Positions 44,086 to 53,255 of a stretch of 64,000 nucleotides of DNA are shown in pieces. Both the position numbers and the translations under genes were made by a program. The stretch lies in assembly GCA_938023515.1 (NCBI GenBank), contig CALJDR010000052.1, forward strand, positions 6,615 to 70,614, written 5' to 3'. This stretch comes from an uncultured Flavobacteriales bacterium. Lineage in GTDB: Bacteria; Bacteroidota; Bacteroidia; Flavobacteriales; UBA1820. Each line of letters opens with the position of its first letter. The stretch's first letter is position 1. The notes below the pieces were generated by a model. That model was not told the origin of the DNA. It saw only the letters and a list, made by a program, of their open reading frames with translations, and searched no databases.

Positions 44086-44907
44086 TCAGCCTGCTACATC
44101 GTATTCCCGCAGAGCATCATTGAGTGAAGTTTTCTTGTCCGTACTCTCCTTGCGTTTGCCGATGATCAAAGCGCAGGGTACGCTGAATTCCCCGGCCGGA
44201 TATTGTTTTTTGAACGATCCGGGGATCACCACACTGCGGGGCGGCACATACCCCACATATTGTTTCCGTTCGGCTGTAGTGACGTCTATGATCTTCGTAG
44301 AGCCTGTCAGCACCACCCCGGCACCGAGCACGGCTTGGGAAGCCACATGGCAGCCTTCCACTACGATGCATCGCGAACCGACGAACACGTGGTCTTCGAT
44401 AATGACCGGCGCGGCCTGCAGGGGTTCCAATACTCCGCCTATCCCTACGCCGCCCGAAAGGTGTACGTGACGGCCTATTTGCGCGCAGGAACCTACCGTG
44501 GCCCAAGTATCGACCATCGTTCCCTCATCGACATAAGCCCCGATATTCACATAAGAAGGCATCAGGATCACACCCGGTGCGATATACGAGCCATAGCGCG
44601 CAATAGCTCCCGGTACGCTGCGCACCCCGCGGGGGGCGTATTCTATCTTCAGCGGTATTTTATCGTTCCATTCCAACGGTCCGGCGGTCAGCGTTCCCAT
44701 GGGCTGGATAGGGAAATACAGCACAACGGCTTTTTTCACCCATTCGTTCACCTGCCATATACCATCGGATGCAGGCTGCGCGACACGCAATTTTCCTCTG
44801 TCAAGCAGGTCTACCACCTGACGGATGGATGTCTGGATGTCCGCTTCTTTTAGTAATGAACGATCATCCCATGCACGTTCTATCGTGTTACGAAGTTCTT
44901 TTTCCAT
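44086..44907 (-). CDS. dapD: 2,3,4,5-tetrahydropyridine-2,6-dicarboxylate N-succinyltransferase
   Basis: LMPSYVNIGAYVDEGTMVDTWATVGSCAQIG.HVHLSGGVGIGGVLEPLQA is essentially identical to the E. coli DapD core. Start chosen at MEKELRN. Confidence 0.9.
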   Translation of the reverse strand: MEKELRNTIERAWDDRSLLKEADIQTSIRQVVDLLDRGKLRVAQPASDGIWQVNEWVKKAVVLYFPIQPMGTLTAGPLEWNDKIPLKIEYAPRGVRSVPGAIARYGSYIAPGVILMPSYVNIGAYVDEGTMVDTWATVGSCAQIGRHVHLSGGVGIGGVLEPLQAAPVIIEDHVFVGSRCIVVEGCHVASQAVLGAGVVLTGSTKIIDVTTAERKQYVGYVPPRSVVIPGSFKKQYPAGEFSVPCALIIGKRKESTDKKTSLNDALREYDVAG

Positions 44908-44998
44908 ATCATGAATTTTAAACAGTGGCAAAAATACCGGTTGCCGGCGTGGTTTTTTTAAAGAATCGGGAGCTTTTTGTAAGAAAGTTTTGCGAGTA

Positions 44999-47488
44999 TC
45001 ATCGAACCGGTGCCTTGGTATCCTTTTCCGGGGAATCAACTATGGTTTTGTCCTTTTCCTTTATATCGGGCTCATTTTCACCCTTAATATTTGGATCTGT
45101 TTCTTCTTCGGGCGCATTTCCGGCCACAGCAGGCTCATCTTCCGGTTTGAGAGCAGGATCTATCCCTCCTTCCAGGGATTTTCCGGCTACAGCCGGTTCT
45201 TCAGGCCGGGCCGCAAAACTAAGGTCTATATTCACGGGGCCTTCCCATATATCCTCCGGGTCCAGAGGCCGTTCGCTCTCCCTGATATTGAACCCTTTCA
45301 AACGCGTAGATTCTTCGGACAAACTGTCGGATGTCAGCATTTTTCCGTCGGGCAATTTATTGAACCGTATTACCAGCACTTTGGAATCTTTCATGAACAC
45401 ATCCATATAGGCTGCATTGCTTTTGTTGACCCCCAACCTGGAACCGTCGTCTTCATACGAATAATAAACAGTTTCCGCATTTCCCTTTACATGGACGATA
45501 CGCAGGTCGTTGTCGATGATCTTTCCTCGCATCGCATTCCCCTTCACCTGGTTATAAGCGTCTGTCTCGCGCGAATCCCTCGATAGGATAAAGGCATTCC
45601 TGACCAGGATCACTGAATCCATAACATCCTTTTCAAGATCGCGTTTTACATACATCGAATCGGCGGTGACCTGGTTGCCCCCGGAAAAAATGACAGGGTC
45701 CTTATACATGCTCATAATCCCTGTTTTCTGGTCGTAAAAGACTGAATCGGCCGCCCCGGCCATATCACTTTTGTAAAAACGGACATGGTGAAAAGCACGC
45801 ATCACCCGCAGACTGTCATCCGATTCTTTGCTCCAGGAGAGCGTATCCACTACCGCCGACAACGAATCCCCGGTCGGCCTTTCAGATAACTGATTCGCCC
45901 CGGGTTTCAACCCAGGAAGCACAGGACGTTCCGGACGCAGCAATTCCAAAGGCCAGACAAATGTCATACCTAATACTGTTCGCGGTCTCAGGCTGTCTCT
46001 TTTCGCTTTTTCCAGGGCATCGGATTTTAGTTTAGCATCGCGCATCCCCTCCCGTTCCTGCTTCTTTTCTTCCCGCTGTCGTTTCTTTTCGGCTTTTTCG
46101 CGTTGCTTCGGGGTCATTTTTGCGTACAGGGAATCCAGGGAAACTTCTCTGCGCAGCGTGTCGGGGTTTTCCGCTGCGGATACCAAAGAATCTGCCACAG
46201 TCTTTTTCTCGGATGCCAAAGCTTCCGCTTCGGCCATTTTTTCCATCATGGACGACAGTCTTTTATCCACCCCTCCGTCACCTTCCTGCAGGCTATCGGC
46301 CGAAGCGGCCTTTGCCGCCAGATAGTTCATCAAAGTGCTGCGCCGGGTGACCATCAAAGTATCTCCCCGCGTATAAAGCGTGTCCTTGTCGAGTATCTGA
46401 ACGACTTTGGGTTTGCGCGGGAATATAATCGAGTCCTGTTTTTCGAAATATTCGGCAAAATCTCCGTAAATGGCAGCCCTTTGGGCCGTATCCTGCAATT
46501 CTACATTGGAAACAGCACGGGCATACCCTTCGTTGCGCTCATAATGCAGTGTATCGCTCCTGAGCATCCGGCGTCCGTAAGATACCCGGGTATTTTTATA
46601 AAAATCGGAGATACCGCTCTCGGTGTTGTATTCGCCGCCTTCGGTATATATCTTGTTTTTTTCGCTGTAAATATTGGTGGGGCCCTCTGCCGTAATGACC
46701 TTGGAGACCGTATGGTAATGAAGCGTATCGGAATACATCCGATAATCCGGGTCCCAGGCCTTTACATCGACATAAAAATCCACCATATCGTCGGGTACCC
46801 GGTACACGCCTATCTGACTGTTGAGGGTATTCTTCTCGTCCGTGATAGTTCCCCCACAGAAATAGTAGGCCTGTTCGTTGATTCGGTCGTAATCGAGGGT
46901 ATCGGTCCGCAATGTGGTGCTCTTGTGTACCAGTACCACATCCCCATAGGATTTTATCAGTTGATTGTCGCCCGTGTAAAGCATATAGTTGCTGTTCAGG
47001 GTAAGGGTATCCCCTTCGTTGACAAATACGTTCCCCCGGGCAAAAAAAGTGTTCATCGCCCGGTTGAATTCTGCTTCGTCGCAGGTCATCAAAGTATTGC
47101 CGTGGTAGAACCGCACATTGCCGGTAAGTTTTTGTACCCCGGGGGCGATATCCTCATTGTTGCTGATCAGGTCGGCATTGTCTATCCGTATCTTCGTCGG
47201 TTTTCCACCACCCGAAGATGTGCTTCTGGGGCGTGTACTGTCCCCGGATGCAGAAACCGGGCGCTGTCCCGTTGCAGGACGCGCAGGGGCCTGCTGTTTG
47301 GCCGCCGGGTTTCCGGCGCCCGGCATCACCCATCCGCTGCCCGAAAGGGAATCCTCCTCTTCCGTCTGCCCGGAGCCGGCTACCGAAGGCGCCCCCTGCG
47401 GGGGCTGCTGGGGCGCGCCGTACAGGGACAGGATAGCTGCCGAGAGTACAAGCAGGGTAAGTAAAGTATATTTTTGGACGTCCTTCAC
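44999..47488 (-). CDS. OstA/LptA-like repeat protein with an acidic Pro-rich C-terminal tail
   Basis: OstA-like strands are KLTGNVRFYHGNTLMTCDEAEF...ARGNVFVNEGDTLTL. A GTG start at 47488 gives the signal peptide (M)KDVQKYTLLTLLVLSAAILSLYG and lies downstream of the -7 box at 47513-47520. The longest ORF would start at 47566. Confidence 0.65.
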   Translation of the reverse strand: MKDVQKYTLLTLLVLSAAILSLYGAPQQPPQGAPSVAGSGQTEEEDSLSGSGWVMPGAGNPAAKQQAPARPATGQRPVSASGDSTRPRSTSSGGGKPTKIRIDNADLISNNEDIAPGVQKLTGNVRFYHGNTLMTCDEAEFNRAMNTFFARGNVFVNEGDTLTLNSNYMLYTGDNQLIKSYGDVVLVHKSTTLRTDTLDYDRINEQAYYFCGGTITDEKNTLNSQIGVYRVPDDMVDFYVDVKAWDPDYRMYSDTLHYHTVSKVITAEGPTNIYSEKNKIYTEGGEYNTESGISDFYKNTRVSYGRRMLRSDTLHYERNEGYARAVSNVELQDTAQRAAIYGDFAEYFEKQDSIIFPRKPKVVQILDKDTLYTRGDTLMVTRRSTLMNYLAAKAASADSLQEGDGGVDKRLSSMMEKMAEAEALASEKKTVADSLVSAAENPDTLRREVSLDSLYAKMTPKQREKAEKKRQREEKKQEREGMRDAKLKSDALEKAKRDSLRPRTVLGMTFVWPLELLRPERPVLPGLKPGANQLSERPTGDSLSAVVDTLSWSKESDDSLRVMRAFHHVRFYKSDMAGAADSVFYDQKTGIMSMYKDPVIFSGGNQVTADSMYVKRDLEKDVMDSVILVRNAFILSRDSRETDAYNQVKGNAMRGKIIDNDLRIVHVKGNAETVYYSYEDDGSRLGVNKSNAAYMDVFMKDSKVLVIRFNKLPDGKMLTSDSLSEESTRLKGFNIRESERPLDPEDIWEGPVNIDLSFAARPEEPAVAGKSLEGGIDPALKPEDEPAVAGNAPEEETDPNIKGENEPDIKEKDKTIVDSPEKDTKAPVR

Positions 47489-47512
47489 GCGGTTTGCCGT
47501 ATTTTCATTATG

Positions 47513-47520
47513 CAAAGATA
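47513..47520 (-). promoter_or_regulatory. -7 promoter box TATCTTTG
   Basis: Reverse complement of CAAAGATA, 25 nt upstream of the GTG at 47488. Confidence 0.4.
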
Positions 47521-47595
47521 CTGAAAAAAAGCCCTCGGGACATTCCCTGCCTATAGGCAGGGACAAAAAATATTCCTAAATTTGACGAAACAATT

Positions 47596-48369
47596 GTGAA
47601 AAACACCCGGACTGAAAAATTGGAAAAAGAAAACACCCCTTACCCTCTTACATACACTGAAAAGTTCCATGTCGAATGGGACGCTGCCTGCGCTACCGGC
47701 CGGCTTTCACTGACAGGCCTTTTCAATATGATACAGATCACCGCCGGCAACCACGCCAATATATGCCGTTTCGGTTTTTACGACATGATGGCCGCCGGAC
47801 AGGCCTGGGTGCTCAACCGGATGAAAGTGCACTTCACTTCCATGCCCGGCTGCAATCAGGAAGTGCGGGTAACGACCTGGATACACGGTTCCAACGGAGT
47901 GATCTCGGAACGAAACATGATCGTTGAACACGGCGGCCAAATTTTTGCTCAGGTAAGCACCGTATGGGCCTGCATCAACTACGAAAAGCGCACGCCCGAA
48001 CACATCGCCGTGGATTATCCGGATTACCTGGTACTGGGCGATAAAAATATCGATATCGCCAAAGCATCCCGCGTCCATCCCCCCGAAACAACTGAGCTGC
48101 TGCGCAAATACCGGGTCGCCTTCAGCGATATCGACGCGATGGGCCATGTGAACAACATCAAGTACACACAGTGGATACTGGACAGCATCCCCTACGAAAT
48201 GGCCTTGGGGATTACCAGCGGCGAGGTCGAAGTCAACTTCCTGGCGGAACTCCACCAGGGCGACCGGGTATTCATCGAACAGGGAGAAACGGCGGACGGG
48301 ATCACGTTCGTGGTCCGGCGGGAATCCGACGGGCGTCCGGCATTCCTCTCCCGCTACCGCCCTCTCTAA
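47596..48369 (+). CDS. Acyl-ACP thioesterase
   Basis: The double hot-dog layout is typical of FatA/B-like thioesterases (YTEKFHVEWDA...GRLSL..LFNMIQ..AGNHA; second half FSDIDAMGHVNNIKY). GTG start. Confidence 0.7.
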   Translation: MKNTRTEKLEKENTPYPLTYTEKFHVEWDAACATGRLSLTGLFNMIQITAGNHANICRFGFYDMMAAGQAWVLNRMKVHFTSMPGCNQEVRVTTWIHGSNGVISERNMIVEHGGQIFAQVSTVWACINYEKRTPEHIAVDYPDYLVLGDKNIDIAKASRVHPPETTELLRKYRVAFSDIDAMGHVNNIKYTQWILDSIPYEMALGITSGEVEVNFLAELHQGDRVFIEQGETADGITFVVRRESDGRPAFLSRYRPL

Positions 48370-48409
48370 AAAATAGGGAACGGAAAAGGATTACCTCGGG
48401 GAAATCCCC

Positions 48410-48417
48410 TATTTTTG
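48410..48417 (+). promoter_or_regulatory. -7 promoter box TATTTTTG
   Basis: Exact TAnnTTTG, 39 nt upstream of the udk ATG. Confidence 0.4.
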
Positions 48418-48455
48418 CAACAGTAAAATATCCATCATCAGACTCAATATCCTTC

Positions 48456-49085
48456 ATGTTGGTAATAGGTATAGCAGGAGGCGCCGGTTCCGGCAAGACC
48501 ACCGTGGTAAATAAAATACTGGAAGCTGTTAGCCCGCAGGACGTAGCCGTGCTTTCGCAGGACTCCTATTACCGCGACAGTTCCGATGTGCCGGTATCGG
48601 AGCGCCAGAAGATCAACGTGGACCATCCGGACTCCATCGAATTCGACCTGCTGGCCCAACACGTGGCACAGCTGAAAAAAGGGCAGTCTATCGAACAGCC
48701 TACCTACTCCTACACCACGTACGAACGGGGAAAAGAGACCGTCCACACTGAACCCAAAGCCGTTGTGATTGTCGAAGGCATTCTCGTGCTCCAAAACAAA
48801 GCCCTGCGCAGCCTGATGGACATCAAGATATTCGTCGAGACGGACGACGACGACCGTCTGGCCCGCGTTATCCGCCGGGACATCGTCGAAAGAGGACGTA
48901 CTGCTACCCAGGTGCTCGATCGGTATGTGAATATCGTCAAACCGATGCACAAGCGATTCATCGAGCCTTCGCGCAAATATGCAGACCTCATCATTCCCAA
49001 CTACGACGGGCTGGAGGTCGCCATCAACGTCATCCTGACGGTCATCGAAAAAAAGCTCGGAAAAGAAAAATGCACCCGGTTCTGA
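48456..49085 (+). CDS. udk: Uridine kinase
   Basis: MLVIGIAGGAGSGKTT P-loop, with QDSYY and DHPDS.EFDLL motifs. Confidence 0.9.
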   Translation: MLVIGIAGGAGSGKTTVVNKILEAVSPQDVAVLSQDSYYRDSSDVPVSERQKINVDHPDSIEFDLLAQHVAQLKKGQSIEQPTYSYTTYERGKETVHTEPKAVVIVEGILVLQNKALRSLMDIKIFVETDDDDRLARVIRRDIVERGRTATQVLDRYVNIVKPMHKRFIEPSRKYADLIIPNYDGLEVAINVILTVIEKKLGKEKCTRF

Positions 49086-49086
49086 T

Positions 49087-49437
49087 ATGAAATCGCCCGT
49101 AGAGAATATAAAAACTTACATAAACCGCCGCCCGGGACTGAAACGGACGGTGGATTATATGCTGAACCACAAACTGCTGGTCGTCGTCGCCGCATTCCTG
49201 GTATGGATGACCTTCTTCGACCGCAATTCGTTCCTGTTGCACGTAGAGCGCGAGCGCAATATCTCGGCCCTGCAGGATTCTATCAGCTATTACAAGCGGG
49301 AAATAGAACGGCAGAAGACTTTCCTGAACGAACTTCGCAGCGACCCCAAACAAATGGAAAAATTCGTCCGCGAGCACTACGGCCTGAAAAAAGACAACGA
49401 AGATATCTACATCATCAAACGGTCTTCCGAAGAATGA
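49087..49437 (+). CDS. Septum formation initiator (FtsB/DivIC-like)
   Basis: A single TM segment (LLVVVAAFLVWMTFF) is followed by a coiled coil and REHYGLKKDNEDIYII. Confidence 0.7.
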   Translation: MKSPVENIKTYINRRPGLKRTVDYMLNHKLLVVVAAFLVWMTFFDRNSFLLHVERERNISALQDSISYYKREIERQKTFLNELRSDPKQMEKFVREHYGLKKDNEDIYIIKRSSEE

Positions 49438-49507
49438 ATCCACTCAGCGGCTACTCCGACTGCCCCTTGAAAGGCCGGAAAACGACAAACCAAACCCTCT
49501 GCCGCTG

Positions 49508-50731
49508 ATGATACTCCCCTACATTGCCCTCGGAACCGCCTGCGCCCTGCCAGGTATCGCCTATGCATATGTATGCCACCGGCAGAAAACCCGGAAAAAG
49601 CACCGATTGGCCGAGTCGGAATTGATCCTGGACCATATGAATGCCTATTTTATCCTGATAGACTCCGATTTCAAAGTACTGCGTACCAATTACTACACCC
49701 TGAACCATATCCCGGCCAGTGACGAGCCTAAACGGGTGGGCGACCTTTTGCAATGCCGCAATGCACTGGAATCGCACGGTTGCGGCACCCACGAACTCTG
49801 CAAAATATGTGGCATCCAAGCGGCTATCGGCCGGGCATTGATGAGGGGAGAAAGCTTTAAGGAACAGGAGGCGGCCATGGAAGTATTCCGGCACGACCTC
49901 CGGCAAATGACCCCCTGTGATGTCTCGGTATCGGGTACCTATCTGGAAACCGCCGGGGAAAAGCGGATGGTACTGACGGTCATCGATATCACGACGCTAA
50001 AGGACACCCAAAAGCAGTTACATGCCGAGAAGGAAAAGGCGGTGGCCTCCGACCGTCTCAAATCAGCTTTCATCGCCAATATGAGCCACGAGATACGTAC
50101 CCCCCTCCATGCCATCTCCGGGTTTTCCGACCTGCTGGCCTCGGCCGAAGACCGGGAAGAAAAAAATGCCTATGCCGACATCGTCAGCCGGAACAGCCGG
50201 CAGCTCCTGCACCTTTTCGACGACATCCTCGACCTGGCAAAAATGGAGTCCGGGACACTGGATTTCAATTATTCGGATTTCCGGGCAGATGAACTTTTAA
50301 AAGACCTGTACGGTACTTTTGCCGACGCCCTGAAAGAAAAGAAAGAAATAAAACTCGTACTGGATCCGGCTCCGAAACTACCCCTGCTCCATTCGGAGCG
50401 GGAACGGGTGTTCCAGATACTTTCCAATTTTATCGACAATGCCTTGAAATTTACGGCCGCCGGGGAGATCCGGTTCGGCGTTACCCGGCAGGATGACGGA
50501 TATGTCCGATTTTACGTGTCGGATACGGGAGTCGGCATCGCCGAGGAAGAACAGGAAAAGATATTCGGGCGGTTCACCAAACTGGATCACTACCTGCCCG
50601 GAAGCGGGCTCGGACTGGCCATCGCGCAATTGATCGTCGAAAAACTGGGCGGAACCATCGGCGTGGAATCACGCCCGGGCAAAGGCTCGACTTTTTGGTT
50701 TACCCTGCCGCTGGAGAAACCGGTCGGATAA
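49508..50731 (+). CDS. Sensor histidine kinase (orphan) with a Cys-cluster sensor domain
   Basis: H-box is SHEIRTPLH. N/G boxes are NALKFT, DTGVGI and GSGLGLAI. One N-terminal TM segment. The Cys cluster is C83-x8-C92-x5-C98-x2-C101. Confidence 0.85.
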   Translation: MILPYIALGTACALPGIAYAYVCHRQKTRKKHRLAESELILDHMNAYFILIDSDFKVLRTNYYTLNHIPASDEPKRVGDLLQCRNALESHGCGTHELCKICGIQAAIGRALMRGESFKEQEAAMEVFRHDLRQMTPCDVSVSGTYLETAGEKRMVLTVIDITTLKDTQKQLHAEKEKAVASDRLKSAFIANMSHEIRTPLHAISGFSDLLASAEDREEKNAYADIVSRNSRQLLHLFDDILDLAKMESGTLDFNYSDFRADELLKDLYGTFADALKEKKEIKLVLDPAPKLPLLHSERERVFQILSNFIDNALKFTAAGEIRFGVTRQDDGYVRFYVSDTGVGIAEEEQEKIFGRFTKLDHYLPGSGLGLAIAQLIVEKLGGTIGVESRPGKGSTFWFTLPLEKPVG

Positions 50732-50733
50732 AA

Positions 50734-51705
50734 TTATTGAATGGCTTTTTCCGGGATGTATTCGCCGTACGCCCTCTCTGCCCAAAATTCATACCCTTTC
50801 CCGCTCCGCGAAGTGCCTTCGAGCACCGTATCGATGAAACCGTTGCGTTCCACCAGTACCGTGTGATAGATTTTCCCGTCGGGATTTTTTTTCAGTTTAA
50901 AGAACACCTGCTTTTTCGGGTCGTTGAAGTAAATGAAATCTCCGGTTTCGGTACGTTTGAGGGGAAGGTATTGGCCCAAGCCCTTTTCCATCGCAAAACT
51001 GCGCCCCCATGTCCCACCCGAAGCGCTGACGATGTGTTTCCCGTCGATAACCACGGTCGCATCCTCATAGGAAGTCACGCACAGATAATGTTTTTTCGAC
51101 CGGCCGAGCCAGTCTGCCAATTTTTCTACATGCAGGGAATCCTCGTATCCGTACGTACTGTCCAAAAACACGATCCGTTTCACTTTATCCGGTATCGTAT
51201 CGAGGGCCCGGATATATTCGAACACGAAATATCCCCCTCCCGAATGGCCGGACAGCACGGCCGAAGGGCGGTAATCGGCGTATAGGGCCATTATGTCGTC
51301 CACAATGGCGGGGAGGATTTGCGTCTTATCCTCTTTGTGCAGGCTGCGCCAGGCTCCCCAGCTTTTGCCGGCGGCCATCAGGTATACCACCACGAAATTG
51401 TATTTCTTCCCCTTTTCCCGCAAAAAACGGGTTTGGGCGGCTATATGCTGGATATCGTAATGCCAGTCGTCCCCGGCGTACATTTTTTTCCCGGCGGTCC
51501 ACTCGATAGTATTGCCGTTGGGAAGGGCGTAAAACAATACTTGGGTCGGTTTGCGCTTATCCATCCGGGCAGGCGCATTTATGGCGATCCGCACATCGGG
51601 GTATTTATCGTCGATGCGTGTCACCACGGATTCATCGGCGGCTTTCTGCCCTACGCACGGAAGGCACAGCACCGACAGCAGCAGGAAAAGGAAAGGTTTT
51701 TTCAA
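50734..51705 (-). CDS. Secreted alpha/beta-hydrolase-like protein (putative esterase)
   Basis: Signal peptide present, with a GHSGGG nucleophile-elbow-like motif. Confidence 0.5.
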   Translation of the reverse strand: MKKPFLFLLLSVLCLPCVGQKAADESVVTRIDDKYPDVRIAINAPARMDKRKPTQVLFYALPNGNTIEWTAGKKMYAGDDWHYDIQHIAAQTRFLREKGKKYNFVVVYLMAAGKSWGAWRSLHKEDKTQILPAIVDDIMALYADYRPSAVLSGHSGGGYFVFEYIRALDTIPDKVKRIVFLDSTYGYEDSLHVEKLADWLGRSKKHYLCVTSYEDATVVIDGKHIVSASGGTWGRSFAMEKGLGQYLPLKRTETGDFIYFNDPKKQVFFKLKKNPDGKIYHTVLVERNGFIDTVLEGTSRSGKGYEFWAERAYGEYIPEKAIQ

Positions 51706-51726
51706 AGCAGTAGTTTATATTATCGT

Positions 51727-52038
51727 TTACACGAACCGTCCGGCTTTCTGCCTGCGGTCGGTCGGCAGGTCTTTGCGGAACAGCAAACTGAGCAGCGACA
51801 GGACGACGCCCGCCACGATAAAGGGGATGCAAACGCCCACCATTCGGTCCGCCTGCTGAAAATTGGCCAGCATATAAACGAGCGGAGCGATCATCAATGC
51901 CGCACCAAGACCTACCATCGCAAGTCCTACGGCCGATAAAGGCCGCGCAGCAGCCGTATTTTTCCGTTGTCCGTTCCGTATCATTTGTTTTGTATTTGAT
52001 CCGGGCATAAAGATAATACGCGGCGCGGATATAATCAA
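51727..52038 (-). CDS. Small membrane protein, start uncertain
   Basis: Two predicted TM segments. ORF evidence only. Confidence 0.4.
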   Translation of the reverse strand: MIISAPRIIFMPGSNTKQMIRNGQRKNTAAARPLSAVGLAMVGLGAALMIAPLVYMLANFQQADRMVGVCIPFIVAGVVLSLLSLLFRKDLPTDRRQKAGRFV

Positions 52039-52127
52039 AAAATCCGAAAGTTTTGTCCGCCCGGCAGTTCCGGTGCCGGGAATATTATTTATCTTTTTCC
52101 GCCTTTGGCTGTCCGGGAAAAAATGAT

Positions 52128-52135
52128 TAATTTTG
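52128..52135 (+). promoter_or_regulatory. -7 promoter box TAATTTTG of dnaX
   Basis: Exact TAnnTTTG, 29 nt upstream of the ATG at 52164. Confidence 0.4.
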
Positions 52136-52163
52136 CTTTCGCCCGAAAGGGAAGGAAAACACT

Positions 52164-53255
52164 ATGGAACATTTCGTCGTATCGGCCCGCAAATACCGCC
52201 CCCACTCCTTTGACGAGGTAGTCGGACAGGAACATATCGCCTCGACGCTGGAGAATGCCATCGAGCACAACCAGCTGGCGCAGGCTATGCTGTTCTGCGG
52301 CCCCCGCGGGGTCGGAAAGACCACCTGCGCCCGTATCCTGGCGCGGGAGATCAACCGCCGCACCATGCCGGACGCTTCGCCGGACGAAGACTTCGCGTTC
52401 AACATCCACGAACTCGATGCCGCCTCCAACAACTCCGTAGAGGATATCCGCACCCTGATAGACCAGGTGCGCTTCGCCCCCCAGACGGGCAAATACAAAG
52501 TGTACATCATCGATGAGGTACATATGCTTTCGCAGGCGGCCTTCAACGCCTTTCTCAAAACGCTGGAAGAACCCCCCGCCCACGCCATCTTTATTCTGGC
52601 GACCACCGAAAAGCACAAGATCATCCCTACGATCCTTTCCCGCTGCCAGATATTCGATTTCAAGCTTATTTCGGTAGCCGATATCCGGGGCCATCTGGCC
52701 CGTATCGCGGCCGACCAGGGGATCAAAGCCGATGAAGAAGCCCTGCATATCATTGCCGTTAAGGCGGAAGGCGCCCTGCGCGATGCCCTGTCCATATTCG
52801 ACCGGGTAGTATGTTTCTGCGGGGATACCCTCACGGCGGAAAAAGTGGCCGAGACCCTCAATGTGTTGGATTACCAGGCATACTTCCACCTGACGGATGC
52901 CTTGTTGGATGCGGACATTCCCTCCGCCATGCTTCAGGTAGATGCGATCCTGCAGAATGGTTTCGACCTCCAGTATATGCTTTCCGGGCTTGCCTCGCAC
53001 ATCCGGGATCTGATGGTCTCCAAAAATCCGGCTACCATCTCCCTGCTGAACGTACCGGAAGACGTAAAGAACCGCTACAAGGAACAGTGCGCCCGCCTGG
53101 ATGCCGAAACGGCTGTCGAAGCGCTGGCCCTGCTGGCCCGTACCCAGTCGGAATACCGCCTGTCCAAAAACCCGCGGCTCCTCACCGAGATCGCGCTGAT
53201 GCAGCTGGCATCCCTGGGACTCGACCCGTCAAAAAAAAAAGCCCTGACTTTATAA
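52164..53255 (+). CDS. dnaX: DNA polymerase III subunit gamma/tau, 0-frame product (gamma-like, 363 aa)
   Basis: ARKYRP..F.EVVGQEH, GPRGVGKTT (Walker A), IIDEVHMLS (Walker B) and the SRCQ sensor. The frame ends 5 codons after the A10 run at 53231-53240. Confidence 0.9.
   Translation: MEHFVVSARKYRPHSFDEVVGQEHIASTLENAIEHNQLAQAMLFCGPRGVGKTTCARILAREINRRTMPDASPDEDFAFNIHELDAASNNSVEDIRTLIDQVRFAPQTGKYKVYIIDEVHMLSQAAFNAFLKTLEEPPAHAIFILATTEKHKIIPTILSRCQIFDFKLISVADIRGHLARIAADQGIKADEEALHIIAVKAEGALRDALSIFDRVVCFCGDTLTAEKVAETLNVLDYQAYFHLTDALLDADIPSAMLQVDAILQNGFDLQYMLSGLASHIRDLMVSKNPATISLLNVPEDVKNRYKEQCARLDAETAVEALALLARTQSEYRLSKNPRLLTEIALMQLASLGLDPSKKKALTL

Noticed and set aside
52811-53230. This is the upstream part of the 393-aa ORF in the -1 frame of dnaX.
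   Set aside because: Before the A10 run this frame merely overlaps the dnaX ATPase domain and reads as Arg/Pro/Gly-rich nonsense. Only the part downstream of the run is considered coding.
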